A DNA stretch of 64,000 nucleotides. It comes from Eledone cirrhosa (lineage: Eukaryota). Made by a program: the position numbers and the translations under genes. Of this stretch, positions 31,051 through 43,770 are shown in pieces. Below the pieces are notes generated by a model. The model did no database searches. It was given only the letters and a program-made list of their open reading frames with translations, and was not told the DNA's origin. Location of the stretch: NCBI GenBank assembly GCA_964016885.1, contig OZ024742.1, positions 337,838,001 to 337,902,000 on the forward strand, given 5' to 3'. The first letter of the stretch is position 1, and each line of letters begins with the position of its first letter.

Positions 31051-31105
31051 TTGTCTGATGAAGGCATAGCATATTGTTAATATGATATCCCCGAAATATA
31101 TATAA
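31051..31105 (+). ncRNA. Hammerhead-like motif with extended stem II
   Basis: CTGATGA(31055)-a-gg c ata g CATATT gtt AATATG a tat c cc-c-GAAA(31093)-tatata. Stem I and the cleavage site are poorly defined. Confidence 0.45.
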
Positions 31106-31377
31106 TGAAATAAATATGGTTTTATAAATATAGTTTTCCATTTATTTAATATTGTAAATATACTCCAAATATTTGTCGAGTGCTTTTATATCAGTTATAA
31201 ATATTTACTAGTTGTAACCCAACAATTTTAAATATAACTTTACATATATATATATATACATATATATATATACATATACATATATACACATATATATATA
31301 TACATATACATATATACATATACATATATACATATATATACATATATATACATATATATATATATACATATATATAC

Positions 31378-31408
<31 letters not shown>

Positions 31409-31662
31409 CATATATATATACATATATATATACATATATATATACATATATATATACATATATATATACATATATATATACATATACATATATATACATA
31501 CATATACATATATATCATACATATATATACATATATATACATATATACATATACATATATATACATATATATACATATACATATATATACATATATATAC
31601 ATATATATACATATATATATATACATATATATACATATATATATATATATACATATATATAC

Positions 31663-31767
<105 letters not shown>

Positions 31768-32126
31768 CATGCATATATATATATATACATGCATATATAT
31801 ATATATACATGCGTATATATATATATACATGCATATATATATATATACATGCATATATATATATATACATGCATATATATATATATACATGCATATATAT
31901 ATATATACATGCATATATATATATATACATGCATATATATATATATACATGCATATATATATATACATGCATATATATATATATACATGCATATATATAT
32001 ATACATGCATATATATATATACATGCATATATATATACATGCATATATATATACATGCATATATACATACATATATATATACATGCATATATACATACAT
32101 ATATATATACATGCATATATACATAC

Positions 32127-32170
<44 letters not shown>

Positions 32171-32512
32171 GTATATATACATACATATATATATATATAT
32201 GTATATATACATACATATATATATATATGTATATATACATGCATGTATATATTAGATGCATGTATGTATAGATGCATGTATATATACATGCATCTATACA
32301 TACATGCATCTATACATACATGCATCTATACATACATGCATCTATATATACATGCATGTATATATACATATATATATATACATACATAACACATACTGCG
32401 GCTACGTCGATTTACACCGATTAGTATTATTGTATATATATAATATACACATACACAAATTTATTCTATATATATATATATATTCCAAAGTAAAGAATAT
32501 GATGGATTCATT

Positions 32513-32599
32513 ACTGAGATTACTCCCTGTTGCTACTTTGAATTTAGTGGTCAGCAGAAATCCACGAAACTCTGAGTGGCAACAGTGAGTAATCTCAGT
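32513..32599. repeat. 87-nt imperfect hairpin
   Basis: actgagattactccctgttgctactttgaatttagtgg pairs with ccacgaaactctgagtggcaacagtgagtaatctcagt around an 11-nt loop. Confidence 0.85.
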
Positions 32600-33512
32600 T
32601 TATTTATATATATATATATATATACAAATATGTAATATATATATATATATTGTGGGATATACGCACTATATTTTAGTAAAAATGCGTTACACGTGTGGAC
32701 GTTATATTACGACTAAAATATATTTACATAATATATATGTATAATATATATATATTATATTTAATGTAGGTGTTATATTCATAGTGTGTCAGTGTAAATT
32801 AGAAAAGATATACGAATAAATTAGAAAAAAAGAGAAATTACATGATACACGAAACTACGAAAATCGAAAACACAAATAACAAAGTGAATTATTTTTTAAA
32901 GATTAATTAAACGTAGAATATGTTTTAAATATAAATGCATTATAATAATATATGAAACAAAAACAATTATATTCAAGTTATAGAAAAGAAAATATTGTAA
33001 CCATGCTGGAAAATAGAGCTGGTATAAAATTTTTCTATTTGTCACTGATGTATGAATTAAAATGAAGCTAAGTTAAATGGATTCCTAAGGTGGGAGATGA
33101 GTAAAAACTATAGGGATTCTATTTAGGAAGACACCATTTATTTCTTCGTTTATTAAAGAAATCAAAATACTTACCGAGCTCATCGTTTTTATGTTGTATA
33201 TATTTATATACATTTAACAGTAAAGACAGCCTATAGATTGCTAAGTGTTGGAGCGCAACACCCCTGATTATTCGGCACGGCCACTGTATTTTGGACTCGT
33301 CCACCACAAGGGGAGGTAATGTCCTTTTATTGCATTGATTGCTTGCTATTAGCATCAACCCTCACATCATTGGTAGACAGAAAGAAAGTACGAGATAGTG
33401 TAGTGTTTATTTCTTGCACTTGTGATTGCCTTGCTTCCTGCTTGACTTGAGTCTGTTTTCTTTACTTTAAAAGAACGTTGGCAAGGGGAGGTTATGTCAT
33501 GGGTATATATAT

Positions 33513-34115
33513 GGTGGCTGCCAACTCGTTTTCGAGTACGGCCACTACTTTATATCCATGTAGGAGAACCCTTACCGATGCGCTGAACGAGTGTGACTTT
33601 TTAGTTCAGCCAGCGACTTGAAAACTCTGGTACAAACACTACACTTGTGACAATTATTGACACATAGTACTGGGCCCATGGTACCATGTGACGACAAGTG
33701 CAGAGAAATCTCCAGATATAAAGCAATGTCTGTGCTGTGAAGCTTTTAAAGTGAGCAAAGGCACTGCACAAAGCCAGTCCCACTCTCTTAACCAAGATGA
33801 TATTTACCAAAAAGAAGAACAAGTCAACATCATTGGATACCATCAGGGTTGCAGGTGTTATATCAGAGTTTTCCTTCTAGAATTCTGCCTTGACAAAGGC
33901 TAAGGGGTCATCTCTCCCGGTGATTTTGGATGGCCATTGACTCTTAAGAGCTCCTTTGCCCTTTGACAGGTTTTGTTTTTAGTCCTGCAGGATGTCCAAA
34001 GTCACCCTCCTCACCAAGAAACCTTGGTGGGGTTGCCAGTTTAGTCACCAACGACCCGACCATGAGACAGATTGTACTTGGATACATGTTACCAGTAGCA
34101 CCAACTGGTGACCTG

Positions 34116-34116
<1 letters not shown>
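33513..34116 (-). mobile_element. Unclassified non-coding interspersed repeat (copy 2, longer)
   Basis: Colinear with 13920-14476 and has the same left boundary. Flanked by (TA)n on both sides. Confidence 0.65.
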
Positions 34117-34156
<40 letters not shown>

Positions 34157-34927
34157 CATATATGTGTGTGTGTATGTATATATGCGTGTGTGTGTTTATG
34201 TATATATATACATGTGTGTGTGTGTGTATTTATATTTATTATGTGTACCATATGTTTATGTACAATAAATATACAAAAATCTCACTATGTATATTTAAAG
34301 TAGCGATCATGTCACAGCTATCTCTGGATTTTTATCTGTCATTTGCAACATTTATTTACTTGGTACTGAGATAAGAATAACCTATAATTTATATAATTTT
34401 TTGAATAAGAAACATCAACTGGCAACGCTCATTTGCATATAGGGCAGATATTATATAAATGAAACATTGGTTAGGGATGCTAATTTGATTATAGTGCGAA
34501 CTTGACCAGCTAGGGTTAAGTAGCAGTAGCACAAACAGCGTGGTTCATAATAGAGGTGCATATGAAGTCATATATATGTATAATAAACATACATAAGTCT
34601 CACTATGAGAATTCTAAGTAGTAATCATGTCACAGCTATTTCAGTAGCCTTGTGAGATTGTTCATCTGTCATCACTGGCATATATTCACTCAGTACTCAA
34701 ACAAGAGTATATATATATATTACGTCAATAGTATACATATATCACTGCAGAGTGGTTGTGGAGGTGACATGACAAAAAACACCCAGTACTCACTGTAAAT
34801 GAGGTTGGTATTAGGAAGGGCATCCAGCTGTAGAAACCAAGCCAAAATCAGTTCTGTATGAGTAAGACATGGTCACCTAACCCATGCCCATGCTAGTGTG
34901 TTAAAATGGACGGTATATATATATATA

Positions 34928-37900
34928 TCTATACATATATATAAAACTGTAGTTGTCTGTGTGTGTGTCCTCATATTTACTTTTGTGTTCACAGATTGAT
35001 TTTTTTAGTTTCAGAAGATCCCGTTAAGGGTGAAAGCAGCGATTCTTTGCTTAAACTTTAATCTTTTATTTTAATATATAATATAAGCGAGGCAAGCCAG
35101 CCCAAGTTAACAATTGCACTTGATATTACCTTTCCGACAGTCGGCTTATTTTTCAATCAGTAAGTGTCAATTACTAATTTTTTTGGCTTACAATCCTGAG
35201 ACATCCCCAATTGCTTTAATATTTTTTTGCAATACTTCCTGAGACATAATCACTTACCCCCGTTGCACACATTATTATTGGTGTTACTACCAAGCCATAT
35301 TCACCATGCCCTATTCTGTCCAAGGAGTTCAACACTCACGTCAACGTAGAGTTTTGCAGCTTCGTGAAGTCAATCAAATATGTCTGCAAGTACATCAATA
35401 AGGGCTCAGACAATGCTGTTTGGCCTGCAGCAAGACAGCAATCAGGACAAAGTTACACAGTACCAAGTGGGTAGGTATATAAGCAGTAACGAGGCCTTCT
35501 GGCGCATTTTCGGTTTCCCCTTGCATCAAAGGCACCCGCCCATCCAATAACTTGCTGTTCACCTTGAAAACGGTCAATGCGTATACTTCACTGCTTCCAC
35601 TGCTGCTCAATTGGTCGAGGAACCGAAGGACACTAGCCTAACTGCCTTCTTTAACCTTTGTCAAATCGATCCATTTGCCCAAACCTTGCTGTATCCACAG
35701 ATGCCATCCTACTACATCTGGGAAAAAAAGAAATGGCAACGGAGAAAGATGGGTCAAAACGTTGATGGATACTCTGCCATTAAATTTGACTCAGGAGAGT
35801 TTACACAGTTCATCCAAGCCAACAAGACTGTTTCTACCTTCGTCTGCTACTTCATGAGGTTAGGGGACCAACGTCTTACCAACATTTCAGAGATCCCTGC
35901 TTAAGACATGGACTGTTAGAAGACAGCACACAGTGGGATGCTACGTTCACGGAGGCTGCCGTTTCACAGTCGCTGAAAAGTCTCAGGGCTCTCTTTGCAG
36001 TGCTTCTGCACATTTGCGAAGTCTCAGATCTGTCTTTCTGTGGTTGGAGTATAGAGATGCCCTGGTGGAAGACTTTTACCACCAAGCACAATTGCGGTAT
36101 CCTAGCCTTGATGCTGCCAGTGACGACATCTACAACTGTGCTTTGATTGACGTGGAAAACAGGACTGTTTCACTGGGTGGGAATATTTTGCCAACGTACG
36201 GGCTGCCGCAGTACGGATAGGAACGGATAACCTTCCAACAGAGCTCATTCGCGAAACAGCCTATGATATTGATGCTCTTGCCCAATACGTCCGTGAAACA
36301 GAGCCAAAACTCCTTCCAGGACAGAGCGGGCCTACAACACTATTTTCGACCATGTGCGAAACCGGAAAGGGGGAATCTTCTTCCTAGATGCACCTGGAGG
36401 GACAGGAAAAATGTTTGTAACTAAGCTTCTAGCCAAAGTGAGGCAGCACGAGGATATTGCGTTAGCCGTGACATCCTCTGGTATTGCTGCAATTTTGTTA
36501 CCCGGCAGTAGGGCAGCGCACTCAGCCTTTAAGATCCCCCTGAACTAGGCAACATCTGAAACACTGTCCTGCAACATTAGCAAAACTTCGGACAAGGGAC
36601 TGGTTCTCCGAAGGTGTCAGCTCAAAGTATGGATATATTGGATGAATGTACCATGGTTCATAAACGAGCTCTGGAAGCACTAGACACTACTTTGCAAGAC
36701 ATCAGGGACTGCCAGACTGCGATGGGAGGTGTCACCCTTCTCCTATCTGGCGACTTCTGACAGACCCTTCCGTTATTCCCAAGGGAACCAGGGCAGATGA
36801 AGTCCGGGCATGCCTCAAGTCCTCTCCGTAGAGGCAAAAGGTAACAACGTTGACTCTGACATCTAACATGAGAGCCCAACTGCACAGCGACCAACTGACA
36901 GCAGAGTTTGCTTCGGATATTTGTCACTTGGCGATGGCAAGATTACACTCGATGGAGATGGCGAATTGTCACTCAGTCCAATTTGTACCACTGTCAACAC
37001 AGTCGGTCGAGGACCTCAAGGCTCAAGTGTTTCCCAGTCTTCCTGATAACTACCAAGACATGAATTGCTTATGCGAAAGAGCTATTTTAGATCCAAAAAA
37101 CAGCACAGTGAACGTTATCAACGAGCAATTGTTGCAATCTCTTCCTGGAAGGCTGCATATTTACAAGTCCGTCGATACAGTCTCCGACCAAGACCAAGCG
37201 GTAAACTACCCTGTTGAATTCCTCAATTCGCTAGAACCTCCTGGACTGCTTCCTCATAGACTGAGAGTAAAAATTGGAACTCCAATAGTGCTTCTTAGGA
37301 ATTTGGACCCTCCAAAACTTTGCAACGGCACACATCTGGTTATAAAGAAGGTAATGTGGCACGTCGTTGATGCTACCATTATTTCAGGGTGTGGAAAAGG
37401 AGAGGATGTGTTTGTTCCCAGAATACCACTCATTACCTTCAGACGCCTTCAATTTCCACTCGCATAAGTTTTGCCATGTCTATCAACAAGTCCCAGGGGC
37501 AGACACTTTCAGTGGCAGGACTTCACTTGGTAGAATCATGCTTCTCACATGGTCAACTATATGTAGGCTGCTCCAGAGTGGGGAGCAAAGGAAGTCTTTT
37601 CACGTACACTCCATGAGGGAAAGCAAAGAACATTGTCTACCAAGAGGTTTTACGCCAAGATGCCATGTGTGCTCAAACGGACTAAATCAAGGTAAGGTTT
37701 TATACTACTGCCTCTATACAATTTTGAAGTTACACCTTCATATTACCATCCTTCCTTCAATCAGGTATAAGTCAGGAATTCGGAAACAACCACAGGCAGA
37801 ACGAATGACCAGAAAGAGCTCAGATGAAACCTTCCACAGTTTTCCACTACATCAAACGCCCACTACTATATCCTTCGCAGATTGACATGTAAGCAATGTC

Positions 37901-38742
37901 AATGTTACTGCTGCTACATGGGACTCCCATTACCATCTGCAGTAGTCAGTTTATTGAGGGAGAAACAGAAGGTTCTCAAATTTGCCGTCCAAAAACCCCA
38001 TTGACAATAATGAAAACCGCTAACATCAACACAGAATTATACCTTGTAGGTTGCTTTAACCCGTCTTTTATTAATAAAAAAACTTCTTGCCAATAAACAT
38101 TAACCCTTTGTGTACCATTCATCTAACTGTAGACCAACAAATACCAACTAAACGGAGCGTTGACAAGAACGATGGCAAATGAATCTTCAAGGTAAGCAGT
38201 TTCCTCCCGAGCTGTTAGTTCCCGCGAAATTCTCTGCTACATCTTTTCATAATAATACCAAACAACGTACTGCTGGTCACTCCTTCCTTCAAAAGCCATA
38301 CAAAGCGGACATGTGCATCAGGCAGATGGATCGGGTGCAAATCTACACCAGGCCTACGCGAGAAATTCGCAAGGGACTGCACCGACAGAGATAGAGAGAA
38401 AGAGTAACTTAGTGACAAGAGTGCGAATGAACTTTTGAGGTAAGTAGCCTACGCCTTATTGCTATTGCACTGGGACCTTCTGCCAACTTAACCTGTGACT
38501 TTCTCTTTCACATTTACTCCAATAGGCCAAAACAGAGGAGTATGAAAAGAAGGGGCTCAACAATATTTCTATGAACAATGCACGTAGACAGCTAAACTGT
38601 ACTTTCAACTTCTTAATTTTCTCTTAATTTTCCTGTCAGTATATTTTTGTGAGTTTTTAACTGGCAGTCACAAATAAACGTTTCTCATTGGAGGTGCTAT
38701 TACCAATGTTCTTACCCGTGCAACGCCAGGATACACTGCTAG
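34928..38742 (+). mobile_element. Helitron, internally deleted and degenerate, with both termini
   Basis: The 5' end is A|TC tatacatatatataaaactg and the 3' end is cccgtgcaacgccagg...CTAG|T. Rep-Hel fragments lie inside. Confidence 0.9.
35300..37655 (+). pseudogene. Helitron Rep/Hel remnant (PIF1-like helicase)
   Basis: Motifs HVNVEFC, SIKYVCKYINKG, YISSNEA.WRI, LAVHLEN, FFLDAPGGTGK, DECTM, LRNLDPPKLCNGT, FAMSINKSQGQT and FSHGQLYVGCSRV, with many stops and frameshifts. Confidence 0.92.
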
Positions 38743-38754
38743 TATATATATATA

Positions 38755-39395
38755 AGTGAGAAATTAGGAATGCAAGGGATCAGATGCTGTTTACTTGAGA
38801 GAAGACTACGTTGGTATGGTCACGTGATGCGCATGAAAGACAACAGCTGTATAAAAAAGTGCAGGGTGATCAAAATTGATGCAAGTTACGGAGTAGGTAG
38901 ACCCAGAAAAACCTGGGACGATTTGATAAATTCCAACCTTACACACTTGCACTTCGCCAAGACAATGTCTCTGGACCGAGATCTTTGGCGCCACGCTGTA
39001 ATACAGAAGACCCGCCTTGCCTATGTACAAAGCGAAACCTACAGTCAGTAGGCACCTCTTAACCAAATATACACCCCAACCCACTACCTCTAATCCACCC
39101 TCCCACTCCCACCAACACCACCCTCTCTCTGTAAAGTTATGTTGGTACCACAATATCCAGTCCAAACTAATGAGGTCGTGTAGGTGTCATGACAAAAAAA
39201 ACACACAGTCCACGCTGTAAATGTGGTTGGTATTAGGAAGGGCACCCTGCCGTAGAAAACCTGCCAGACAGTCCTATACGAGCGAGACACGGTCACCCAA
39301 CCAATCTTGCCTCAAGTGGGACAATTCCCGTCTAACCCATGCTAGAGTGGAAGATAGATGTTTAAACAATGATGATGATGATGATGATAATGATA
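38755..39395 (+). mobile_element. Older RTE 3' fragment with (GAT)n tail
   Basis: RRLRWYGHVMRM...GRPRKTW plus the homologous 3' UTR. Confidence 0.9.
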
Positions 39396-39674
39396 AGAAT
39401 AAACAGGCTGTGTAGTTGCTGGATAAGGTGTACTTATAAAAAGAGGAAAGCAAGAACGGGAGAAAATTTTCCTTCATCAGTTGTCTTCTGGGGGTCTTGG
39501 ACATTTCAACACATTAAAGACAATATGTCTCACCCCAGGGCGTCAATAACTCAAGGAAGTTATTGAGAAAAAAATGGAAAGAGAGAGAAAAAAAATAGTA
39601 ACAGAAGGAAAGAGGGAAGAAAATGGAAAAAGCAGCCAAAAAAAATATATATATATATATTTATATTATAAAGA

Positions 39675-40520
39675 GCCGAGACCCCAACAGCTGAGCCCTT
39701 GCTGTTTCAACAGCTAGTTCCACCCCAATCTCTCCTCACTGACCTCGATACTTGTATCCGAGTGGCAGCTGAGGAGATATGCAACATCAGGTTTGACGAT
39801 ATTGGATGGCAACAGGCCACTTTACCTGTCAGATATGGTGGCCTTGGCCTCCGGTCCCTGATCTCGCTGGCTTTGCCGCAGTTTCTTTCGTCGGTAACCT
39901 CAATCTGCGTCCTCATCAGCAGAGTTCTCCAAAACACAATGGGACACAAAACACAATGAGACATGGGACCGGCTGGGACTTAGCCCAGTAGACATCCCTC
40001 CTCCTTCTCCTCCTGCTGACATCAAGTCCCTCCAAAGCATTTGGGATGCCATCCAGTGCAGCCTGGCCTCAGACAGGCTCACATGCTAGCTCGACCAGCA
40101 CCGCCTTGCCTATTTTCGCATGGCCTCCAAACCCCATAGTGGTGCCTGGCTCCATGCCTTGCCCCCCTTCTCCACTGGCATGCAGCTGGATAATGATAGC
40201 CTGTGCATCAGTGTTTTCCTGAGGCTTGGCCTCCCTATTTGCGAGCCACATAAATGTCGCTCTGGATCCACCATGGACTCTTTTGGCCTCCACCTGCTTT
40301 CCTGTCACTACAGTACCAGCTACCTTCCATGCCATGCTGCCCTCAACAAGGTCATAAAGCATGGCTTGGATGCTGCAGGCTTCCCCTCCCAGCTCGAGCT
40401 AGTGGGGCTGGACTGAGGGGACGGCAAAAGGCCAGATGGTATGACCATTTTCCCATTCCACAGTGGCAAACCCCTCATCTGGGATGCCACTTGCAGTGAC
40501 ACTTTCTCCAGCCACAACCT
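39675..40520 (+). mobile_element. CRE-clade-like non-LTR retrotransposon fragment (RT thumb, Cys/His finger, restriction-like endonuclease)
   Basis: QATLPVRYGGLGL; SGAWLHALP...LRLG; HLLSC...HAALN; GKRPDGMTIFPFHSGKPLIWDATC (PD...D motif). Degenerate. Confidence 0.8.
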
Positions 40521-40999
40521 GATGCAGTCTCACCACCATAGGCACTGAGCTGGCCAGCCGCAGGTGTGAGCTTCGCGAGTTGGAATGGCTCTTCCAGCAC
40601 ATTCCTTACCATTCACCAGGGAAACACCTTCTCCATTCTGTCCGCCGGGGCTGTGGGAAGACCAGCATGTGGGACCCCATTTGCTCACCATATAGAGAAA
40701 TGGGGAGGCCAAGAGAGATGGAGGCGATGACAATGGGAATTAGGCTCTTCCACGTTCGGCCCATATCCTTGTGGGTGTGTTCATTATCTATAGAGTTCAT
40801 TTTATTATTCAGTTGTTTTAACCATATCAACACTTAATGCTAGGGTCTAGAAATTAGAATTCCACATTGAAAATTAAAAACTTCAAAAATCGAAACTTTG
40901 AGTACTCGGTTGAGTAATGATCTAACAAGTTTCAAACTGAATCCATCCTGGGAAGATGGACGCTAAACGATAATGATACACATAACTGTAAGTGTATTT

Positions 41000-42030
41000 T
41001 ATTGTGGAACCAACACTAGAGATGTTGTCATGCCTTTGACACAGCTGGAGAGTCCTCCTAACTCTTTATTCTGCAGGTTTTCTATGGCCGGATGCCCTTC
41101 CTATCACCAACCACTTTACAGAGTTCTGAGTGCATTTATAGAGTAAATCACTAGTTCTATGGAGGTTGTCATGTTTTGGAAGGTCCTTCCAACTTTTTGG
41201 GGGTAAGTTTTCTATGACTATATGCTTTTCTTACCAACCACTTTACATGCACATTATCTTCAGATCTAGTAAACCTGACAGTACACAAGAGAGGCAAACG
41301 CAATATTGATAATAGAGTAAATATATAAATATTATCATCATCATCATTTAACGTCTATTTTCTGTGCCAGTATGGGTTAGATGGATTGTTCCATTTGAGG
41401 CAAGTCAGGTCAAGTGACCATGTCTTGCTCATACAGAACTGTTCCTTGATTGGTTTCTACAGCAGGATGCCCTTCCTAACACCAACCACATTTACAGTCA
41501 GTACTGAGTGCTTTTTGTTGTGACGACAACACAACGACTTTACAGTGCAGACTGGGTGTTTTTTGTCATGGCACCTACACAACCACTTTACAGTTATCAC
41601 CATCATCATCATTTAACACTCTATTTTCCATGCTAACATGGGTTTGAGGCAAGTCAGGTCAAATTACCACATCTTGCTCATATGGATCTGTATTTTGACT
41701 TGTTTTCTATGGCTGAATGCCCTTCCTACCATCAGCTATGTTGCAGTGTGGATTAAGTACTTTTGATGGTGGTACCAAAATGACCATCTGAGAAGGTGAA
41801 CTGGGTGGTTTTTCATCATGTCACCAGCACAACCACCTTACTAGGTGGACTAAATGCTTTTTACTCATGCCACTAGCACAACTACCTTACAGGGTGGGAT
41901 GGGAGTCTCTTGTCATGTTACCAGTACAACCATCTTACATAGTGAACTGGGTACTTTTGTTGTGGCACCAGGTTGCCATACAGAATGGACATAGTGCTTT
42001 ATGTTGTGGCAGCAGCATTGTGGAAAAGCA
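41000..42030 (-). repeat. Cluster of decayed RTE/SINE 3'-tail fragments with ~45-bp tandem subrepeats
   Basis: Recurrent ggatgcccttccta and accactttacagtg...actgggtg...catggcacc motifs, and (CAT)n tails. Confidence 0.65.
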
Positions 42031-42039
42031 GATTTGGAG

Positions 42040-43770
42040 CATGCTCAGCTTTCCATGCTTGCATGCATAGGTTGAACAGGACAGGAGTGTATGTTTGTGT
42101 GTGTAAGGGGTGTACAAAAGAAGAGTGTGGAAGGTGGGGAGGGGAACAACTTTGCAAGTTGGACATGGACAAGGTGAGTGGGATATTTAGTTGGTGAGGG
42201 AAGGGTATTAAGCCTATAGAAAGTGAACGGGGGAGGGGTTGGGAGAAGATTGGTGCAGAGACTAGTATCAGCTACATATTTGTTACATACTGTACACATG
42301 AGAAGATTGGTCTTTTGCAGTACAGCATAACACCACAGATCTTGATCCTGTGTCATCTCCTTTGAGAGGTTTAATTGTCCAAGGTCAGCTTTTATCACTT
42401 CATCCCAAGCTTTCCTAGGTCTTAGTTTCCATCGACTTTGAGTGCTCTGCATCTTTTTATGAAGCTGACATCCTTCACGCGCATCACATATCCATACCAC
42501 CACATTCTCCTGTCCTGCACATTGCGCCTGATACTTATTATACCCAGTTTCTTTTTCAGATCCCAGATCATTTACGCTTTGCTATTCATGTACAATACTT
42601 TTACACATCAATCAAAGCATGCAAGCTTCATTTCTTTCCAATCTTTGTAGGTCCTCTGCACACAGTGCCCAGGTCTCACTACTATGCAGCATTGCTGTTC
42701 ATACACAAGCATCATACAATCTGCCTTTCATTTTGAGGCGAAAACATTTTGTAACAGAACACCCACCCCACTACTAATTTGATCACCCAAGTAACAGTAG
42801 GTATCAACTACTTCTCTGAGAATTTAATAGAGCTTGTTTCCAGTGAGCTTTGGCTGCTTACTGCTTACATTGACTAGATTTAAGACCTACTTTCTTTGAA
42901 GCCTACCTGAGATCCCACTGCATCTCTTGTGTAATCATAGTTTGGGACATAGGATGGAATTTCTACCCACTCTTTCCTGCACACTGAGCAAGGCCATTTC
43001 ACTGAAAGGATCTGAGTCCTATTTTCCTTTCTACTTACTAGGACTTTAGTCTTTGCCAAGTTGATTTTAAGACCTTTTGCTTCCAAGCTATACTTCCAGG
43101 TCAGGAATTTCTTCTCTAATTCTGCTATAGATTCAGCTATGAGGGTTAGATCATATAGGAGTTCCCATGGGCAACCAGTCTTCTTTCACCCTAAATTCAT
43201 TACTGTAATCCTTGTTATTTCTAACCTTGTTGACTGCTCCTCTGTACATAGCTTGTACTGCCCTCACAAGTCACTCATCCACCCCTAGTTTTCTAAGAGC
43301 CCGCATTCTCTTCATTTAGCAGTCTCCAATAATGGCACTTCCATGCTACTTTCTTTTCAATGTCAGCAAAGGCAAGTGTGCTATTATCATCTCTGACACA
43401 CTTCTCTCCTACAACATCATAATATTCTCCGAGACACTGCCTTGCAGACATGAATACCTCACATCTTTGGTCCATACATCACAAAACATGCATAAATTTT
43501 TATTTTGTTTCCCTCCTTGCAAAGTATACTTGTCACCTAGCACCTTGATCATGTTCTCTGCTTCCCACCATGCCACCATCCTTCCCATTCCTGTTTCTTC
43601 AACTTAACTCAGTAACCCTACTATTCCACTACTAAGTCACCCCTCTTCTCCTTGGAGCCCTGCAAATTATCTCTTAGGAATTCCCACCATTCCTCAATAT
43701 TGTAAATCTGTATTTCTTCTTCCTTACTATCAAAACCGTCAAACAAGATACCTCTAAATGTGTTACTGGC
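42040..43770 (-). mobile_element. Old degenerate RTE LINE
   Basis: KGLKINLAKTKVL, KWPCSVC, RPRKAWDE and AWKCHY.RLLNEEN on the - strand. Confidence 0.85.

Noticed and set aside
33300-33505. Two PPT-like aagggg(g)aggt.atgtc motifs suggesting an LTR/TRIM remnant
   Set aside because: No LTR pair, PBS or coding evidence.
34020-34116. HDV-like ribozyme suggested by a hairpin followed by C-UAA-ACUGG on the - strand
   Set aside because: I could not build P1, P3 and P1.1 with valid spacing by eye; this needs a descriptor search.
36354-37616. Host PIF1 helicase gene
   Set aside because: It has multiple stops and frameshifts and lies within Helitron termini.
39455-39490. CTGATGA on the - strand as another hammerhead
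   Set aside because: No stem II followed by GAAA could be found.
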